Origin: Dicyema japonicum
Taxonomy: Eukaryota > Animalia > Dicyemida
DNA: 64,000 nt
Direction: 5' to 3'
NCBI GenBank assembly: GCA_011109175.1
Contig: RDEW01000006.1
Span: 1,254,699 to 1,318,698, forward strand
The stretch's first letter is position 1. Every line of letters starts with the position of its first letter. Made by a program: the position numbers and the translations under genes. The notes below the pieces were generated by a model that worked only from the letters and a program-made list of their open reading frames with translations, did no database searches and had not been told where the DNA came from. Positions 63,627-64,000 of the stretch are shown here, in pieces.

Positions 63627-64000
63627 TTTTGGTTGAAGTGGTGACGTGCTTCTGTTTTTCTTCTCTAGAAAATTCATGTCTTATCATGTCTAAATGCAAA
63701 CCTATTAAACTCTATTTGATGAATCCACTAATATATTAATGAAGTAAATGTAAGACAATACAAAAATAATATGGAATAAGCATTAGCACAAACGAAGCAC
63801 CACAACAACGTGGGAGAAGCGTGACATAACAATTCAAATTAGAATTAATAGTTTATATTAATTTAATACATTAAAATTAATATTTTATATTACTAAAATT
63901 AGAATTTTAATCCAAAAAGAACAATTTTCATAGATTCAAAAAAATTCAAAAAAATCGATATTGCAAGTAGCGCATAGTTGCAAGTAGCGCTCGCGACATA

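Larger units (their letters stand above)
60771..64000. mobile_element. Non-autonomous TIR DNA element (possibly CACTA/EnSpm-like); right end runs off the window
   Basis: tatgtcgcgagcgctactgcaactatgcgctacttgcaatatcgatttttt (60782-60833) is the inverted repeat of 63949-64000. Confidence 0.7.

Overview
AT-rich eukaryotic nuclear DNA, not prokaryotic. The protein-coding genes look metazoan and are split by extremely short spliceosomal GT-AG introns (about 21-28 nt), which fits a dicyemid mesozoan parasite (inference). Scattered 1-nt indels in conserved genes suggest an unpolished long-read assembly. Host genes: U2 snRNA with candidate PSE and 3' box, a TMEM272-like 4-TM protein, a very compact HCF-1 (kelch + FN3), a PDK1-like kinase, RPB5, GFAT (about 14 tiny introns), a Ras-like GTPase, a small bHLH gene, a BC-box/LRR-like gene, and four copies of a lineage-specific single-pass membrane protein family. 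Most of the remainder is nested TE debris: RTE LINEs (one BovB-like), CRE-type RLE LINEs, Jockey-like LINEs, tRNA-derived SINEs, and Tc1/IS630, pogo, hAT and possibly CACTA-like DNA transposon pieces. There is also a 2-kb segmental duplication, a 0.8-kb inverted duplication and a 4 x 380-bp tandem array of a LINE ORF1/ORF2 junction. No single novel system is proven. The best leads are the stop-free 3n micro-introns with a variant U2, a TIR element carrying a copy of the U2 upstream region, the BovB-like element in a probable parasite, an RTE-tailed SINE family and a TSD-flanked chimeric retro-insert.
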